From Candidatus Moraniibacteriota bacterium (lineage in GTDB: Bacteria > Patescibacteriota > Minisyncoccia > Moranbacterales > DUUL01): a stretch of DNA of 64,000 bases. Numbering within the stretch: position 1 is the stretch's first letter; each line of letters begins with the position of its first letter. The stretch is from positions 24,544 to 88,543 of the forward strand of contig JALVDV010000004.1 in NCBI GenBank assembly GCA_027008775.1. The letters are read 5' to 3'. This document shows, piece after piece, positions 8,608-19,511 of the stretch. The position numbers and the translations under genes were made by a program. Below the pieces are notes generated by a model, which saw nothing but the letters and a program-made list of their open reading frames with translations, searched no databases and had not been told where the DNA came from.

Positions 8608-11251
8608 TTAGATTTTTTAGTTTGTTTTTTTGACCGGCTAATTTTTCTTTTTCTTTGTTAACGACTTCAGCGGGGGCCTTTTGCAGAAAATTTTTATTTT
8701 TCAATTTTTTTTCCAGAGAGGCGATAAATTTTTTGGTGACAGATATTTCTTTTTTAGTTTTTTCCCTTTCTTTTCTCAGATTTATAATGTTTTGCAAAGG
8801 GATATAGATTTCGGCTCCATTGAGAGCAAGAAAGTGAGCCTGCTCTATTTTTGCTCCTTGACTTTTAATCACTAATTCTTCAACGCCGGTTTGGAGGTTT
8901 TTAAGAATATTTACCTGCTCTTTCAAAAGAGAATGTTTTTCGGGACTGTAGATGATAACTTTAATCTTTTGCTGAGGAGAAAGTTTATACTCGGTGCGTG
9001 CTTTTCTGATTCCACTGACAATTTCTTGAAGAAGTTGGAAGTCTTGAGAGATTTCCTTTTTTAGGTTTGTTTTTTTTGCTTTTGGCCAAGGGGAAATCAG
9101 TAACAGTCCGGAGTCGGGAAACAGTTCTTGCTGGATTTCTTCAGTAACAAAAGGAATGAAAGGATGCCAAAGTTTGAGAAGGTTGACGAGAATGATGTGT
9201 AGAATTTGTTGTTTTTCCGGGAGATTATTTTCCACTTTGCTTATTTCCAAATACCAGTCAGCCAAGTCATTCCAGGTAAAATCTTTTAATTCTTGTCCGG
9301 CTGGAGAAAAGTTGTAGTTTTTGATTTGTTTGGTGACGGAGATGATAAGAGTTTGCAATTTTTGCAAAATCCATTTGTCCGCCAAGGTAAGTTTTTTGTT
9401 TTGTAAAAGTTGTTCTAAATTTTTTTGTTCATTCCCGATTTCACTGATTTGGAATTTGATTTCCATATAACGAGCAATATTCCACAATTTGTTTACCAGG
9501 TTGCGCATACCGACAAATTTTTCCGGACTGATTTTGATATTGTTACCGGGAGTATTGCCGATTAGCAGGGACAGGCGCAGAGCGTCAGTGCCGTATTCAT
9601 TTATTACTTCCAGCGGATCAATTCCGTTCCCTTTGGATTTGCTCATTTTTTGTCCCTGAGCGTCAAGAACCATACCGTGAAGATAGACGTTTTCAAATGG
9701 GATTTCTTCCAAAGCGAAAAGACTCATCATAATCATTCGGGAAACCCAAAGGGTGAGAATTTCATAACCGGTTTCCAAAACTTGGGTGGGGTGAAATTTG
9801 GCCAGGTCGCCGGTTTTTTGTCCGTTTTTGAAATTGTCCGGCCAGCCCAGGGTGGAAAAGGTCCACATTCCCGAAGAAAACCAAGTATCTAGAACGTCCG
9901 GATCTTGTATCCAGTTTTCCACGTCTTTCGGCGGTTTGGTGTTTACATATATTTCATCGCCCTTGTACCAAACCGGCAAACGGTGACCGAACCAAATTTG
10001 GCGGGAAATACACCAATCGTGCAAATTTTCCATCCAATGCAGATATCTTTTTTTGAAACGATTTGGAATGAATGATATTTCTTCTTTCTGAGCAACTTCC
10101 AGAGCTTTTTCTTGCAGAGACTTGTTGCCCAGACGGGGAATTTTTTTATGGACGGAAACGAACCATTGTTTGGAGGGCAACGGTTCAATGGTTGTTTGAC
10201 AGCGGTAACAAGTGGAAAGAGCGTTGTCAATTTCTTCCACTTTTTCCAAAAGTCCATTTTTCTTTAACTCTTTGACGACTTCCCGTCCGGCCTCCGAGGC
10301 GCTCAAGCCACTAAATCGGCCAAAGCCGGCGCGAATTTTCCCGTCTTCGTCAATTACTTTTTTGATTTCCAGTCGGTTATTTTCAGCCATTTTCCAGTCG
10401 GTCATAGAATGAGCCGGAGTTACGCCGACGGCGCCGGTGCCGAAATTCATATCAACTTCTCGCTCGGCAATCACCTTGATTTTTAAAGGGATGTTGCAAA
10501 ACTCGCCCTTAAATTCTTGCCCAATATACTTTTGGTAGCGTTTATCTTTGGGATTGACGGCTACGGCCGTGTCACCAAGTTTTGTTTCCGGACGAGTGGT
10601 GGCGATGGGGATGGGGAATTCTTGCCAGTAGCGAAAAGTATAAAGATTGGTTTTTTGTTCCCGGTGCTCCACTTCGTCGTCGGCGAGAGTGGAATGGCAA
10701 CGGGGACACCAGTTAACAATTCTTTCGCCGCGATAAATCACACCTTGGTGGTACATATCAACAAACATTTGCGCTACCGCTTTTTGTCTTGGTTTGTCCA
10801 AAGTAAAGGCCAAGCGAGACCAGTCCAGAGATGCTCCCATTTTGCGGATTTGTTTCAGGATGGTGTTCTGGGTTTTTTCCAAGAATTTCCAAACTTCTTG
10901 CAAAAATTTCTCTCGGCCAAGGTCGTGTCTGGTCAGACCTTTTTCTTGGAATAATTTTTTTTCCACAACGTTTTGTGTGGCGATGGCGGCGTGATCGGTG
11001 CCGGGAAGCCAAAGAGTGCGATAACCATTCATACGGTGAAAACGGATGAGTAAATCTTCAATGGCTAACATAGAAGAGTGACCGAGGTGTAGCTTATCAG
11101 TGATGTTTGGCGGGGGGAGGATGATGGTGTAGCTTTTGGCGTTTTCAGGTAAAGGTAGGTTGTCCGGATTGAAGTAGCCGGATTTTTCCCATTTTTGGTA
11201 GATTTTTTCTTCGCAATCGGCCGGATTGTAGGATTTGGCCAGTTCTTTCAT
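8582..11251 (-). CDS. valS: Valyl-tRNA synthetase
   Basis: PPPNIT..LHLGH (HIGH), GTDHAAIATQ, DWCISRQIWFGH, KMSKS, C-terminal coiled coil. Start MKELAKSY at 11251. Confidence 0.97.
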   Translation of the reverse strand: MKELAKSYNPADCEEKIYQKWEKSGYFNPDNLPLPENAKSYTIILPPPNITDKLHLGHSSMLAIEDLLIRFHRMNGYRTLWLPGTDHAAIATQNVVEKKLFQEKGLTRHDLGREKFLQEVWKFLEKTQNTILKQIRKMGASLDWSRLAFTLDKPRQKAVAQMFVDMYHQGVIYRGERIVNWCPRCHSTLADDEVEHREQKTNLYTFRYWQEFPIPIATTRPETKLGDTAVAVNPKDKRYQKYIGQEFKGEFCNIPLKIKVIAEREVDMNFGTGAVGVTPAHSMTDWKMAENNRLEIKKVIDEDGKIRAGFGRFSGLSASEAGREVVKELKKNGLLEKVEEIDNALSTCYRCQTTIEPLPSKQWFVSVHKKIPRLGNKSLQEKALEVAQKEEISFIPNRFKKRYLHWMENLHDWCISRQIWFGHRLPVWYKGDEIYVNTKPPKDVENWIQDPDVLDTWFSSGMWTFSTLGWPDNFKNGQKTGDLAKFHPTQVLETGYEILTLWVSRMIMMSLFALEEIPFENVYLHGMVLDAQGQKMSKSKGNGIDPLEVINEYGTDALRLSLLIGNTPGNNIKISPEKFVGMRNLVNKLWNIARYMEIKFQISEIGNEQKNLEQLLQNKKLTLADKWILQKLQTLIISVTKQIKNYNFSPAGQELKDFTWNDLADWYLEISKVENNLPEKQQILHIILVNLLKLWHPFIPFVTEEIQQELFPDSGLLLISPWPKAKKTNLKKEISQDFQLLQEIVSGIRKARTEYKLSPQQKIKVIIYSPEKHSLLKEQVNILKNLQTGVEELVIKSQGAKIEQAHFLALNGAEIYIPLQNIINLRKEREKTKKEISVTKKFIASLEKKLKNKNFLQKAPAEVVNKEKEKLAGQKNKLKNLNEYLEKIS

Positions 11252-11393
11252 AAGTAAGCAATTAACAACTGTTAACAAGGGGATACTAGCATAATGTTGG
11301 GCAAATTTCAACTTGACCAGAAGGGATTTTTGAATTTTACGAAGTGGTAGGATTTAAAAAATTTGCTGGAAATAGAATAGAATGTTCGGAATT

Positions 11394-12821
11394 TTAAGAC
11401 AGTTCCCTGATTATTTTTCTGACTTTGATGATTAAGTAAGAAAAGTGATATTTACTTGAATCTTGTTTTTGCTCTTCCGGCAGACTGGTCAAAGCCAGAG
11501 CCAACCAAAAGATTTTTTGTCCCTGACTGATTGTCCAAAAATAATGATCAAGAAAGGCTGCCAGTAAAACAACAATGAAAAAGAGTTTTAGAGGATGTTT
11601 TTTGAGGGAAGCGAGGGAAAAATTGGGACGAAGATAGAAAATGATAGAAAGAATGAAAAGCGCTAGCCCCGGCCAGCCAAGCTCAGCGGTTATTAAGAGG
11701 TACAAATTATGAACCGGTTGAATACGCCAGGAGGAAACTTGTTCTTGAATGATTTGTTTTTCCGTGGTGATAAAATTTCCCAGGCCAACTCCGGTAAGAG
11801 GGTGTTCTTTGATGATTTCTTGGGCGCTGGCGCGATAAATTTTTCGGAAAAAGAGAGATTTATCGTGGGGGCATTGAAAACAAAGGCGGGGGGCGATGAG
11901 GTTGTAAATCAAAAAGAGACTGCCGAGGCCAAGGCTGATTGCCAGGGTCGTCCGGAGAAAAGCAGGTACTTTGATTTTTCGGCAAAATTTTTGGTAAGTT
12001 TGCCAGAGTCGGTTTTTTTCCTGATAAAGAAAAGGGATAATGATTAACAATGAAAGGCCTATGGCGGTGCGAGAATAGGTTAGAAGCAGGGCGATGAAAA
12101 TTGAGAGCAATTCTAAAAGAAAAAGGAATTTGTAGGGCCAGCGCAGTTGTTTGAAAAGATTTTTTTTACTGATAATCAAACTGAAACCACTGGCCAGGGA
12201 GAAGACCAAAAAAATCCCCAGAACATTGGGGTGGGGAAAAGTTCCGTAGGCTCTGATAAATTTTTCTCCACCAAACTCAAAACGAGCCAGGCCGAGAATT
12301 TGCGGGCCGAGATGACTTTCGCCCAACCAAAAGAGACCCAGTGATTTTTGTTGGATAAATTGCCAAATAGCCAGAAAGGATTGAAAAACACCGGCAGTGA
12401 AAATGATGAATTTAGTGTAGGTTAAAATCGTGTATTGCCGGAGAAAATACCTGCTTAAAACAAAGAAAAGAAAGAGTTCGGAAAAGCGAAATATTTTATA
12501 AAGATTAAAACGGGAAAAGAAATTGCTCGGGTCGGCCAAGAAAAGAGAGATGGTAATCCAGAGGAAAAAATAAAAAAGAGGATTTTGAGAAAGGTTTTTT
12601 ATCTTCTTTTTGGGCGCTGAAAATAAATGTTGATGTTCCGACCAGAGAAATCCGAGCAGGAAAAAGATAAAAATAATATCAAAAAGATTTAAAAAAATGA
12701 GGTATTGTTCTTTGAAAAGAGAAAGGTTTTTAGTGCTGTCAAAATTAAAAATATAACGGATGTTAAAAGGAATAAGAAAGACCAGACAGTATAAAAGAAA
12801 GGTGTTTATTTTTTTGAGCAT
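11394..12821 (-). CDS. O-antigen ligase (Wzy_C) family membrane protein
   Basis: RAYGTFPHPNVLG, LLTYSR, HPLTGVGLGNF, PVHNLYLLITAELG, FLDHY. Confidence 0.88.
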   Translation of the reverse strand: MLKKINTFLLYCLVFLIPFNIRYIFNFDSTKNLSLFKEQYLIFLNLFDIIFIFFLLGFLWSEHQHLFSAPKKKIKNLSQNPLFYFFLWITISLFLADPSNFFSRFNLYKIFRFSELFLFFVLSRYFLRQYTILTYTKFIIFTAGVFQSFLAIWQFIQQKSLGLFWLGESHLGPQILGLARFEFGGEKFIRAYGTFPHPNVLGIFLVFSLASGFSLIISKKNLFKQLRWPYKFLFLLELLSIFIALLLTYSRTAIGLSLLIIIPFLYQEKNRLWQTYQKFCRKIKVPAFLRTTLAISLGLGSLFLIYNLIAPRLCFQCPHDKSLFFRKIYRASAQEIIKEHPLTGVGLGNFITTEKQIIQEQVSSWRIQPVHNLYLLITAELGWPGLALFILSIIFYLRPNFSLASLKKHPLKLFFIVVLLAAFLDHYFWTISQGQKIFWLALALTSLPEEQKQDSSKYHFSYLIIKVRKIIRELS

Positions 12822-12851
12822 AGACGGGGGTTATTGATTTACAGACTGCTT

Positions 12852-13196
12852 TTAACTGTTGTCTTGATGAAGACCCATAAAAATTCCCATTATGATCAGG
12901 CTGGCAAAAATTGCCAAGACAATAGCTTTTGATAGGGGGAAGAAGTTTTTGAGATCGTATAAAGAGGCCACAAAGAGTACTGCCAGAGTGCCCAAGAAGA
13001 GGGAAAATATTTGGTAAATAGGAACGTACTTCATTTTTGCTTTGACGACAATCGGCCAACAGATAAGAAAAACAGCCAAATCAACAAATGACCAGAGGAC
13101 GAAAGAGAGTAGGCTGCCGAAAGCCAATTGTAGGACGGCGATTAAGGAAAAAAAGATAATAGGCAAGATGAAGAAGTATCTAACGGGAGAGTACAT
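12852..13196 (-). CDS. Small hydrophobic membrane protein
   Basis: 114-aa ORF with about four TM helices, co-oriented with the downstream ligase. Confidence 0.6.
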   Translation of the reverse strand: MYSPVRYFFILPIIFFSLIAVLQLAFGSLLSFVLWSFVDLAVFLICWPIVVKAKMKYVPIYQIFSLFLGTLAVLFVASLYDLKNFFPLSKAIVLAIFASLIIMGIFMGLHQDNS

Positions 13197-13431
13197 TTGT
13201 TATTGAGTAATAATATTTGTCTAAAGATTGTTACAATTCGTTTCTTTGTTTTGTTTGCGGGTTTTTCTTGTTGTTAAATTTAACATAGCCGGAAGTTTTT
13301 GTCTATAAAGAAGAAAAAGTTGTTTTGTGGATTTTTATGGGGACGGAAGAGTGTTTAATTTTTGGCGATTTTGAAAACTTGGGCTATAATGAGTGAAAGT
13401 TTTCTTGAGATAAATTTTAAAAAGTACACAA

Positions 13432-14652
13432 ATGAAAAGCAATAAAATTTTGTGGGGGGCGGTGTTGGTTTTTTTATTGTCTCTGGGGGCTTTTGTTTTT
13501 GTTAACAGGAAATCCGCGCGCAAGGGAATGCCGATTGTGGTTGACAATACACAGAAAAAACAAGAGGAGAAAATAGAGCCTTTTGTTTTGAAAGAGGGAA
13601 TGAGTCCTATCAGCGGAGTGGAGTGCGAGAATTGGAAGAGACGACCGTTTGCCATAATGTATTCCGGTGATATGGATGCGCGCCGGAATTTTCGAGCCTT
13701 GTCGCAAGCGGATTTTGTCTTGGAAATGGATCATCGGCCGATGCATGGGCAACCACGAGTGATGGGTGTTTTCCAGTGCGCTACACCGACAGCGATGGGG
13801 CCGATGCGTTCCGGGCGAACTGATCATATTTCAGTGGCTGCTTCGTTGGATGCCATTTATGTTCCTTGGGGCGGTTCCAGTGTCGGGAAGAATTTGTTAA
13901 AAAAACATTTGGTTGATCATATTGACTGTAATGGTGAGGTGCCACCGATTGGTTATCCGCCGGCTTGTCGTAAAGATGCTTCTTTGTTGGTGGCGCCTTT
14001 GCGCAGCGCCGGTCCGGCTTTTTCTAACTTGGCGGAATTGATTAAAATTGCTAAGGCGAACAATTATCGTTTGGTTAATAAAGGAAAAGGCTTTCATCAT
14101 CAGGCTGATTTACCTCGGGAGAAAAGGCCGGCTTTTGGGCAGGTTAATGTTAAGGTGGTTTATCCTTATCGGGTGATGTATAAATATGATCCGGAAACAA
14201 ACTCTTACAAAAGATTTTTGATAAAGAAAGAAGGGGCGATACCAAAGCCTGATATTGACCAGGCCAACAAAAAGCAATATGCGCCTAAAAATATTATTAC
14301 CATTATCACCAAGAAGGAGGCGTGGAAAACCGATATAGATTACAAAGGACAAGGCTTAATGGATCCTTGGGAGGGGATTGACGAAGAGCATCGCCAGAGA
14401 GATAACGGACAGTATCCTAACTTTCAGTTGGGTGATCCTTGGTTTGACACCAAGTTTGAAGGACCGGCGCGATTTTTCTTTAATGGACAAGATGTGAAAG
14501 GGATTTGGAAAAAAGAGAAGGGCGCGGATAAACCTTTTAGATTTTATGACGACAAGGGTCAGCCGATTGAATTTGTTCCCGGTCAGATTTGGATGCATGT
14601 TTTGCCACAAGATCGCAGTGTCAGTTATTATGACGAACCAAGTTCCAAGTAG
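13432..14652 (+). CDS. DUF3048 family exported protein
   Basis: N-terminal TM; SPISG..RRPFAIM, LSQADFVLEM, GPMRSGR, YKYDPETNSYKR, PGQIW. Confidence 0.82.
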   Translation: MKSNKILWGAVLVFLLSLGAFVFVNRKSARKGMPIVVDNTQKKQEEKIEPFVLKEGMSPISGVECENWKRRPFAIMYSGDMDARRNFRALSQADFVLEMDHRPMHGQPRVMGVFQCATPTAMGPMRSGRTDHISVAASLDAIYVPWGGSSVGKNLLKKHLVDHIDCNGEVPPIGYPPACRKDASLLVAPLRSAGPAFSNLAELIKIAKANNYRLVNKGKGFHHQADLPREKRPAFGQVNVKVVYPYRVMYKYDPETNSYKRFLIKKEGAIPKPDIDQANKKQYAPKNIITIITKKEAWKTDIDYKGQGLMDPWEGIDEEHRQRDNGQYPNFQLGDPWFDTKFEGPARFFFNGQDVKGIWKKEKGADKPFRFYDDKGQPIEFVPGQIWMHVLPQDRSVSYYDEPSSK

Positions 14653-14803
14653 TTTTGCTTTTTACGGGTTGACTAAATTTTTTGTGATGTTGGGCTGTTA
14701 ATGAGCGGATTTTGCTTGCAATTTGTTTATTTTTGTGGTAGAGTACTTTACTGACTAGTTCTTTTGAAATAGAATAAAAAATATTAATAAAGGAGGGTTG
14801 TAG

Positions 14804-15073
14804 ATGGAAGAGTTTATAGAAAAGATTCTGGCTGCTATGCTTGGGGGAGCTATTTTTGTCGTGGGATTGATTTTTTTTCTTATTGCTATCGTCGCTTGGT
14901 TCTTTGCGGCGACGATGAATACAGTTTACTTTTTTGCTCCTATTGCAGTAGTTGCAATGGGAGTGGGGGCTTTTTTATTTTTTGAAGGGATTTTTATTGA
15001 AAAGCTTTCCAGTTTTTCGCGGAAGCTCTTAAAAATAGTAGAGGGGATTATTGACTTCGTCCCTCATCGCTAA
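14804..15073 (+). CDS. Small two-TM hypothetical protein, stand-alone transcription unit
   Basis: AAGGAGG at 14790-14796; putative promoter TTGCAA-17-TAGAGT at 14716-14744; downstream terminator. Confidence 0.7.
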   Translation: MEEFIEKILAAMLGGAIFVVGLIFFLIAIVAWFFAATMNTVYFFAPIAVVAMGVGAFLFFEGIFIEKLSSFSRKLLKIVEGIIDFVPHR

Positions 15074-15080
15074 GTTTTTT

Positions 15081-15123
15081 GACCCGTCGGCTCTAATCAG
15101 CCGGCGGGTCGTTTTTATTTTTT
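15081..15123 (+). terminator. Rho-independent terminator
   Basis: GACCCGTCGGCT-ctaatc-AGCCGGCGGGTC followed by a T-rich tract. Confidence 0.8.
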
Positions 15124-15377
15124 GGGTTTTATATTTTATGGCGGAGTGATAAGTTGGGGAAGTGAAGTAGTTTTGATTTAGGGAAGTCTCTATTTGTTGA
15201 TTGTGAAAGCGAGGTTTTTCTATTTTTTTCTTGCTTAGGGGGAATAAATAATTTACACTGAAGGAAAGAAATTTTTGTCTAGAACAGGCTTAGCAGTTTA
15301 AATCAGTTTAGTGTTATTTGGTGGCAGGATTTTAACGGTAAAAAAATTATTTTGAAAAATTTAATCAATGATAATTT

Positions 15378-16343
15378 ATGAAATTTTGGTACGGGGCGGA
15401 AAAGTTTTTAATTTGGTCTAATTTAATGGACCTGAAAAAAGAGTTTCAAATGGAAAATCCCAAGGGAGAGATAAAGGAGTTTGATTTTGAGGAAATATCG
15501 GCGAATGAGGTTGAAGAAAAGAATTTTCAGCAGAATGATTTGTTTGCGACTGAAAAATTATTGATTTTTCGCAATGTTTTAACTTTGCCGACGGGTGAGC
15601 AAAAAAAGATAAAAGAATTTTTGCAAAAAGAGCGATTATGTCGGCGAGAGGATTTGACGGTTGTCTTCGTGGAATTAAGTGAGAAGAAAAAAAGTGCTTT
15701 GAGTGGCATTCTGGCCAGATATTTAAAGCAACAAGGAGAATTTAAGGAATTTAAAAAACTGACTGAGGAGCAATTACGACAGTGGATCAATGCTGAATTT
15801 TTGAAGAGAAGCGAGAAAAAGGTGACAGTGGAGATAATAGCTATCAATGAGCTGATTAAAATTACTCAAGCCAATCTCTGGCAAATTTCCCAGGAGATAG
15901 ACAAGCTGATCGCTTTTTTGGAGAAAGGACAAGTTGATTTGGATTTGGTACAGAATTTGTGTTCGGGTAAGCTGGAGGCAAAAATTTTTGACTTGGTTAA
16001 TGCCATTGGAGAAAAAAATAAACAAAAGGCTCTGCTATTGAAAGAGCGTTTGTTGGAACAGGGGGAAAATGAATTTTATATTTTCACGATGATTGTTTTT
16101 CAGTTGAGAAATTTTTTGAAAGTGGCAGAATGTTTGCGAAAAGGATACAAGGAGCCGAGGGTTATCAAAGAAAAAACCGGATTGCATCCTTTTGTTTTGC
16201 AAAAGACTTTGCGAAATATGGGCGGCTTTCCTTTGAGGAGAATAAAAGCCATTTATCAGTTAGTGGCCAATTTGGACAAAAAGAGCAAACAAGGCAAGTT
16301 GAAAATGGAAGAGGCTTTGGATAATTTGATTTTGCGGATTTAG
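15378..16343 (+). CDS. holA: DNA polymerase III delta subunit
   Basis: N-terminal FWYGAE; DLFATEKLLI; NLWQISQEIDKL; KIFDLVNAI; GLHPFVLQK. Confidence 0.88.
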   Translation: MKFWYGAEKFLIWSNLMDLKKEFQMENPKGEIKEFDFEEISANEVEEKNFQQNDLFATEKLLIFRNVLTLPTGEQKKIKEFLQKERLCRREDLTVVFVELSEKKKSALSGILARYLKQQGEFKEFKKLTEEQLRQWINAEFLKRSEKKVTVEIIAINELIKITQANLWQISQEIDKLIAFLEKGQVDLDLVQNLCSGKLEAKIFDLVNAIGEKNKQKALLLKERLLEQGENEFYIFTMIVFQLRNFLKVAECLRKGYKEPRVIKEKTGLHPFVLQKTLRNMGGFPLRRIKAIYQLVANLDKKSKQGKLKMEEALDNLILRI

Positions 16344-16452
16344 TTTTAGAGTTCAATGGGAAAGAAAGGAGGAGGTTGTTTTTGACTTTTCTTTTTTTAG
16401 GGGTTAAACTCTAGGATGTAATTGGAGAAGTTTTTAAAAGTAAAGCAAACGG

Positions 16453-16770
16453 ATGACGGAAAAAGTTATAACAATAAAAGACGTTGAATATACAGCTGAC
16501 CTGGCGCGGATAGAGATGACGGCCGAGGAGTTAAAAAAAATGACTGAAGATTTGAACGGAGTGTTGGCTTATTTTAAAGATTTGCAGGAGGCGGATACTT
16601 CAGCGGTAAAAAAAGTCAATCATTATGAAATGGTGGAAGGAGAGAGAAATCATTTTCGGGAGGATGAAGTGGAGCCGGCCAAGAAGGAGGTAGAAGGGAT
16701 TATTAAGGATAACTTTCCGGAAAGAAGTGGAGACTTTTTGGCGGTCAGATCGGTTTTGGATAAAAAATAA
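16453..16770 (+). CDS. gatC: Asp/Glu-tRNA amidotransferase subunit C
   Basis: ITIKDVEYTADLARIEM...FREDEV...NFPERSGDFLAV; lies directly before gatA. Confidence 0.9.
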   Translation: MTEKVITIKDVEYTADLARIEMTAEELKKMTEDLNGVLAYFKDLQEADTSAVKKVNHYEMVEGERNHFREDEVEPAKKEVEGIIKDNFPERSGDFLAVRSVLDKK

Positions 16771-16821
16771 TTGTTACGGCGGGCTTTTGGTCTAGTCCTT
16801 ATTAAAAGAAAACAGGTTAGT

Positions 16822-18270
16822 ATGATAAAAAAATTACACCAAAAAATTCAAAAAGGCGAAGTTTCCAGCGAGGAAATTTGTGGGAGCTATTTGGCAAATG
16901 TTGCCGATAAAGATAGAGAGATAAACGCTTTTTTAGATGTTTTTGATAAGGAGGAAATACTTGAACAGGCCAGGCAAGTTGATGAGAAAGTCAAACAGGG
17001 GAAAGAGATAAGTTTGCTGGAGGGAATCCCTTGCGCAATCAAGGATGTGATAAATATCCAAGGAAAAAAGACTACCGCCGCTTCCAAGATGATGGAAAAT
17101 TATGTTGCGCCCAATGATGCCGGAGTGATAGAAAGGTTGAAAAAGGAAGGCGCGATTTTTTTGGGCAAAACAAATTTGGATGAGTTTGCCATGGGTGCTT
17201 CCACAGAAAATTCCGCTTTTGGCATTACGAAAAATCCTTATGATTTGGAAAGAGTTTCCGGTGGAAGTTCTGGCGGTTCGGCGGCGGCGGTGGCGGCAGA
17301 AATGGCTCCTTGGGCTTTGGGAACAGACACGGGTGGCTCCATTAGGCAACCGTCAGCTTTTTGTGGGGTGGTCGGTTTCAAGGGTACCTACGGTCAAGTT
17401 TCTCGTTGGGGGGTGTTTCCGATGGCGACCAGTTATGATCAGGTTGGACCAATTGCTCAGTCAGTGGAAGATGCGGCCATTATTTTTAAAACGATTGCCG
17501 GAAAGGATGAACGAGATAATACAACCATTGAAAAAAGCGGGCAGGTGGGCGAGTTGGAAGAGTTGAGAGGTGATTTAACAGGACGACGCATCGGTTATGT
17601 TAAAGAATTTTTTGAGAAAGAAGGTCTGGATAAGGATGTTAAGGAAATTGTGGAGCGGAGAATTAAAGAAGCGGAAAAAGCCGGCGCCAAAGTGGTGGAA
17701 ATTGAGTTGCCAAACTTTAAATATTCTTTGGCTACTTATTACCTGATGATTACTTCTGAAGTCAGTTCCAATATGGCCAGAATTGATGGAATAAGGTTTG
17801 GTTTAAATGAAGGGCTGTTGCCCGATTCGGAGAGCAAGAGCTTACTGGATATTTACAAAAAGTCGCGAGCTCTGGGCTTGGGAGCGGAAGTAAAAAGGCG
17901 GATTATTTTGGGAACTTACGCTTTGTCGGCCGGTTATTATGATGCTTATTACAAAAAGGCGCAGGCGGTGCGAGAGTTGATTAAGAACGATTTAAAAAAG
18001 GCTTTTGTGGAAGTTGATTGTATTATTGCGCCCACCTCGCCGACACCGGCTTTTAAGATAGGCGATAAAATCGAGAATCCCTTGGCGATGTATTTGGCGG
18101 ATATTTATACGGTGACAGCCAATGTTGGTATGATACCGGCTATTTCCATTCCGGCCGGTTGGGCGGAAAGGGATGGAAAAAAATTGCCGGTGGGAATGCA
18201 GTTGTTGGGTAGATGGTGGGATGACTGGAAATTATTGGATATAGCCAAAGGAATGGAATTGGGTGAGTAG
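16822..18270 (+). CDS. gatA: Asp/Glu-tRNA amidotransferase subunit A
   Basis: GKTNLDEFAMG, GGSSGGS, GTDTGGSIRQP, EVKRRIILGTY amidase motifs; ATG at 16822. Confidence 0.97.
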   Translation: MIKKLHQKIQKGEVSSEEICGSYLANVADKDREINAFLDVFDKEEILEQARQVDEKVKQGKEISLLEGIPCAIKDVINIQGKKTTAASKMMENYVAPNDAGVIERLKKEGAIFLGKTNLDEFAMGASTENSAFGITKNPYDLERVSGGSSGGSAAAVAAEMAPWALGTDTGGSIRQPSAFCGVVGFKGTYGQVSRWGVFPMATSYDQVGPIAQSVEDAAIIFKTIAGKDERDNTTIEKSGQVGELEELRGDLTGRRIGYVKEFFEKEGLDKDVKEIVERRIKEAEKAGAKVVEIELPNFKYSLATYYLMITSEVSSNMARIDGIRFGLNEGLLPDSESKSLLDIYKKSRALGLGAEVKRRIILGTYALSAGYYDAYYKKAQAVRELIKNDLKKAFVEVDCIIAPTSPTPAFKIGDKIENPLAMYLADIYTVTANVGMIPAISIPAGWAERDGKKLPVGMQLLGRWWDDWKLLDIAKGMELGE

Positions 18271-18293
18271 TTAAGATGTGAGAATTTTTCAAC

Positions 18294-18325
18294 AAAAAAA
18301 CGAGCTCGGTCGAGCCCGTTTTTTT
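18294..18325. terminator. Bidirectional terminator between convergent genes
   Basis: AAAAAAACGAGCTCG-gt-CGAGCCCGTTTTTTT. Confidence 0.7.
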
Positions 18326-18338
18326 ATTAGTTGAAGAT

Positions 18339-18803
18339 CTATTTAGTTTGGTGTTTGAGCCAATTTTGGCGGGAAGGTAGATTTTGACAGGCGACACCGT
18401 TTTTGTCTCTGTCTAGGCCGTGAACGTCAAGGCCGTTTTTAGCGCATTTTTCGTAAACCGCCTGAGCTTCTTCTTGGTACTTGAAGTCGGAGCAGTTGTA
18501 GTTGTAAGTTTGTTTGGGGTCGCACATAGCTCCCATAATTAGGTTGCCGTTTTCATCACGAGCAACTTTTGATTCGGACCAAGAATGAGTTTTGGCGAAT
18601 TTACCCAGGTCAATATCGTTATTTCCGGCTTCCAAACCCAAGGCTACCAACAAAAGCAAAATAAGTCCGGCTATAAACAGGCGTCCTTTTTTCCAAAACC
18701 AAAAAAGAAAGCCGGCAATGATTAACAAGGCGACAATTAAAAAGAGACGGAACTTTTTATTGCGCCTGAGGCCGCTAACCTGGCGGGAATTTTTTTTGTT
18801 CAT
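18339..18803 (-). CDS. Membrane protein with Excalibur Ca-binding domain
   Basis: Two TMs followed by NCSDF...EAQ...[12 protein letters not shown]. Confidence 0.8.
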   Translation of the reverse strand: MNKKNSRQVSGLRRNKKFRLFLIVALLIIAGFLFWFWKKGRLFIAGLILLLLVALGLEAGNNDIDLGKFAKTHSWSESKVARDENGNLIMGAMCDPKQTYNYNCSDFKYQEEAQAVYEKCAKNGLDVHGLDRDKNGVACQNLPSRQNWLKHQTK

Positions 18804-18919
18804 TTTTTTGCTTTAATTTTTTTTCATTGTAACATTTTCTTTTCTGTGTTACAATGGCTGACCAGGCGTGTTTATTGGGGAGCCGATTAAAAGCAATTTG
18901 TTTAAATGTTTTTGGGAAT

Positions 18920-19354
18920 ATGGAAAAATGTAATTGGCAGAGTCATTTTGCCGAGAATGGTAAGTTCAGGAAGGAGGGCGTTGGCGACCTGGGAGAAAAG
19001 GTAGCGGCCAATTATTTGTTGGCGCAGGGTTATAAATTGTTGGCAGCCAATTTTTCCAATAAACGAGGTTACCTGGTAGGTGAAATAGACTTGGTAGTGA
19101 AAAATGAGAAAGAGCAGATTATTTTTGTGGAAGTGAAAACACGCAGAAACTTTAAGAGTGAGAGCAATCACGGAATTTTTCCGGAAAATGCCATAACTCC
19201 CGCCAAAATTAGAAAATTGGAGCGGGCGGCCGGAGTTTTTTTAAAACAGAATGGTTACAAGGATGTTCATTGGCGAATAGATGCAGTGGCGGTTATTTTT
19301 AATTTTGTCAGTCGGAAAATTTCCTTGCGACATATTAAATATATCAGAAGGTAG
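18920..19354 (+). CDS. yraN: YraN family endonuclease
   Basis: GDLGEKVAANYL, GEIDLV, FVEVKTR, RIDAVAV. Confidence 0.9.
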   Translation: MEKCNWQSHFAENGKFRKEGVGDLGEKVAANYLLAQGYKLLAANFSNKRGYLVGEIDLVVKNEKEQIIFVEVKTRRNFKSESNHGIFPENAITPAKIRKLERAAGVFLKQNGYKDVHWRIDAVAVIFNFVSRKISLRHIKYIRR

Positions 19355-19511
19355 GATTCTTATGGTTGAAGAATTTTTGCAAAGTTTTCAGTTGGTGATC
19401 GGTTTTAATTTGACGGGAAATTTTCAGGAGCGAGATCAAAGCGGTTTATTTGATAGATGTTTTTTTTAGTGTTAAGATGCAGATGGCTATTTGAGTGTTT
19501 AATTTAGTAAG

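Noticed and set aside
16453-18270. gatCA without gatB
   Set aside because: Split gat operons are common, and gatB may simply lie outside the window.
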